Notes under the pieces: model-generated | Told to the model about the DNA's origin: nothing | Databases searched by the model: none | Seen by the model: only the letters and a program-made list of their open reading frames with translations | Assembly: GCA_951406725.2 (NCBI GenBank) | Contig: OX597840.1 | Coordinates: 21,390,001-21,454,000 of the forward strand | DNA: 64,000 nucleotides | Origin: Octopus vulgaris | Lineage: Eukaryota | Direction of reading: 5' to 3' | Shown: one piece after another, positions 62,923-64,000 of the stretch | Layout: every line of letters begins with the position of its first letter | Position numbering within the stretch: position 1 is the stretch's first letter | Program-made: the position numbers and the translations under genes

Positions 62923-62971
62923 GGGTCACTTAACCCCTGCTTTCTGATATATGATGTGATTTTGATTGTTC

Positions 62972-63571
62972 TCACTGGTCTTGCCGGGTCTTCTCACGCA
63001 CAGTATACTTCCATAGGTCTCAGTCTCTGGTCATTTCCTTGGTGAGACCTAGAGTTCGAAGGTCGTGCTTCACCACCTCGACCCAGGTTTTCCTGGGTCT
63101 ACCTCTTCCACAGGTCCCCTCAACTGCCAGGGTGTGGCACTTTTTCACACACCTATCTTCATCCATTCTCACCACATGACCATACCAGCACAATCGTCTC
63201 TCTTGCACACAACATCTGATTCCTCTTAGGTCCAACTTTTCTCTCAAGGTACTTACACTCTGTCGACTATGAACACTGACATTACACATCAAACGGAGCA
63301 TACTAGCTTCATTTCTCGCGAGCTTACGCATGTCCTCAGCAGTCACGGCCCATGTTTCACTGCCATGTAGCATGGCTGTTCGTACACATGCATCATACAG
63401 TCTGCCTTTTACTCTGAGCGAGAGGCCTTTAGTCACCAACAGAGGTAAGAGCTCCCTAAACTTTGCCCAGGCTATTCTTACTCTAGCCGTTACACTTTCA
63501 GCACACCCACCCCCACTACTGACTTGGTCACCAAGATAACGGAAGCTATCAACTACTTCTAGTTTTTCCCC
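62972..63571 (-). pseudogene. RTE LINE reverse-transcriptase ORF, C-terminal part (thumb and downstream)
   Basis: [11 protein letters not shown]...[10 protein letters not shown]...MLHGSETW...[12 protein letters not shown]...GRGRPRKTW. The TGA at 63020-63022 is CGA in the 50930 copy, so the native stop is 62972-62974. Confidence 0.92.
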
Positions 63572-63572
63572 C

Positions 63573-63595
63573 ATATATATATAAACACACACATG

Positions 63596-63631
<36 letters not shown>

Positions 63632-63886
63632 TGTGTATATATATATATATACACACATACATACACACAGACACACACAAACATATGTATATATGCATAT
63701 ACGTAAATGTATGTTTGTGTATGCATATATACATATATATACATATATATATATACATATATACATATATATACATATATATATACATATATATATACAT
63801 ATATATATACATATATATATTCATATATATATACATATATATATATACATATATATATTCATATATATATACATATATATATATAC

Positions 63887-63917
<31 letters not shown>

Positions 63918-63966
63918 CATATATATATACATATATATACATATATACATATACATATATATATTC

Positions 63967-64000
<34 letters not shown>
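63573..64000. repeat. (TA)/(CATA) microsatellite; its first ~170 bp is an inverted copy of 61650-61836
   Basis: Read directly from the sequence. Confidence 0.9.

Larger units (their letters stand above)
61837..63572 (-). mobile_element. 5'-truncated RTE-clade LINE with an expanded 3' UTR array
   Basis: ORF fragment, then array, terminal block and (GAT)n tail. Confidence 0.92.

Noticed and set aside
61891-62947. ORFs of 337, 312 and 257 aa over the GC-rich array
   Set aside because: All three frames are open because the repeat unit lacks stops. They are antisense to the LINE and lie in its 3' UTR.
63575-63766. N-terminal 64 aa of the 248-aa ORF 63020-63766
   Set aside because: Microsatellite fused in frame to a 5'-truncated LINE. 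The RT catalytic core is absent, so it is not a functional RT gene.
2093-63968. Many long ORFs rich in Y/I/C/V/H/T, poly-N/I, poly-E/K/R or poly-P/T
   Set aside because: They are translations of (TA)n, (TG)n, (CA)n, (AAT)n, (GAA)n and (CAC)n microsatellites, open in several frames on both strands.

Overview
Eukaryotic, AT-rich, microsatellite-dense DNA. The SINE and LINE content most resembles an octopus (coleoid cephalopod) genome; this is an inference from repeat type, not a database match. There is no intact gene, rRNA, true tRNA or CRISPR array, and nearly all ORFs in the track are translations of (TA)n, (CA)n, (AAT)n or (GAA)n. The window looks like a very long intron of a minus-strand gene, with three exon candidates (43784-43819, ~29750-30220, 14246-14428). 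It is filled with tRNA-headed SINEs of four types (my labels A, B, D, E), RTE-clade LINE 3' ends, an R4/Dong-like fragment, Tc1/maT/mariner relics, a Helitron and Penelope-like element (PLE) debris. The most notable signal is a set of small non-coding fold-back or tandem elements in (TA)n tracts that carry type I hammerhead ribozyme motifs: a 498-bp tandem unit with two hammerheads (retrozyme-like), one fully canonical hammerhead, and a family with a shared CCGAYGA core variant. PLE RT and GIY-YIG relics lie nearby. Also notable are a 15-unit higher-order hairpin array in an RTE 3' UTR, an in-frame UGA inside a strand-specific hairpin, and a recursive-splice-site-like microexon. Coordinates were read by eye; the ends of old repeats may be off by several bases.
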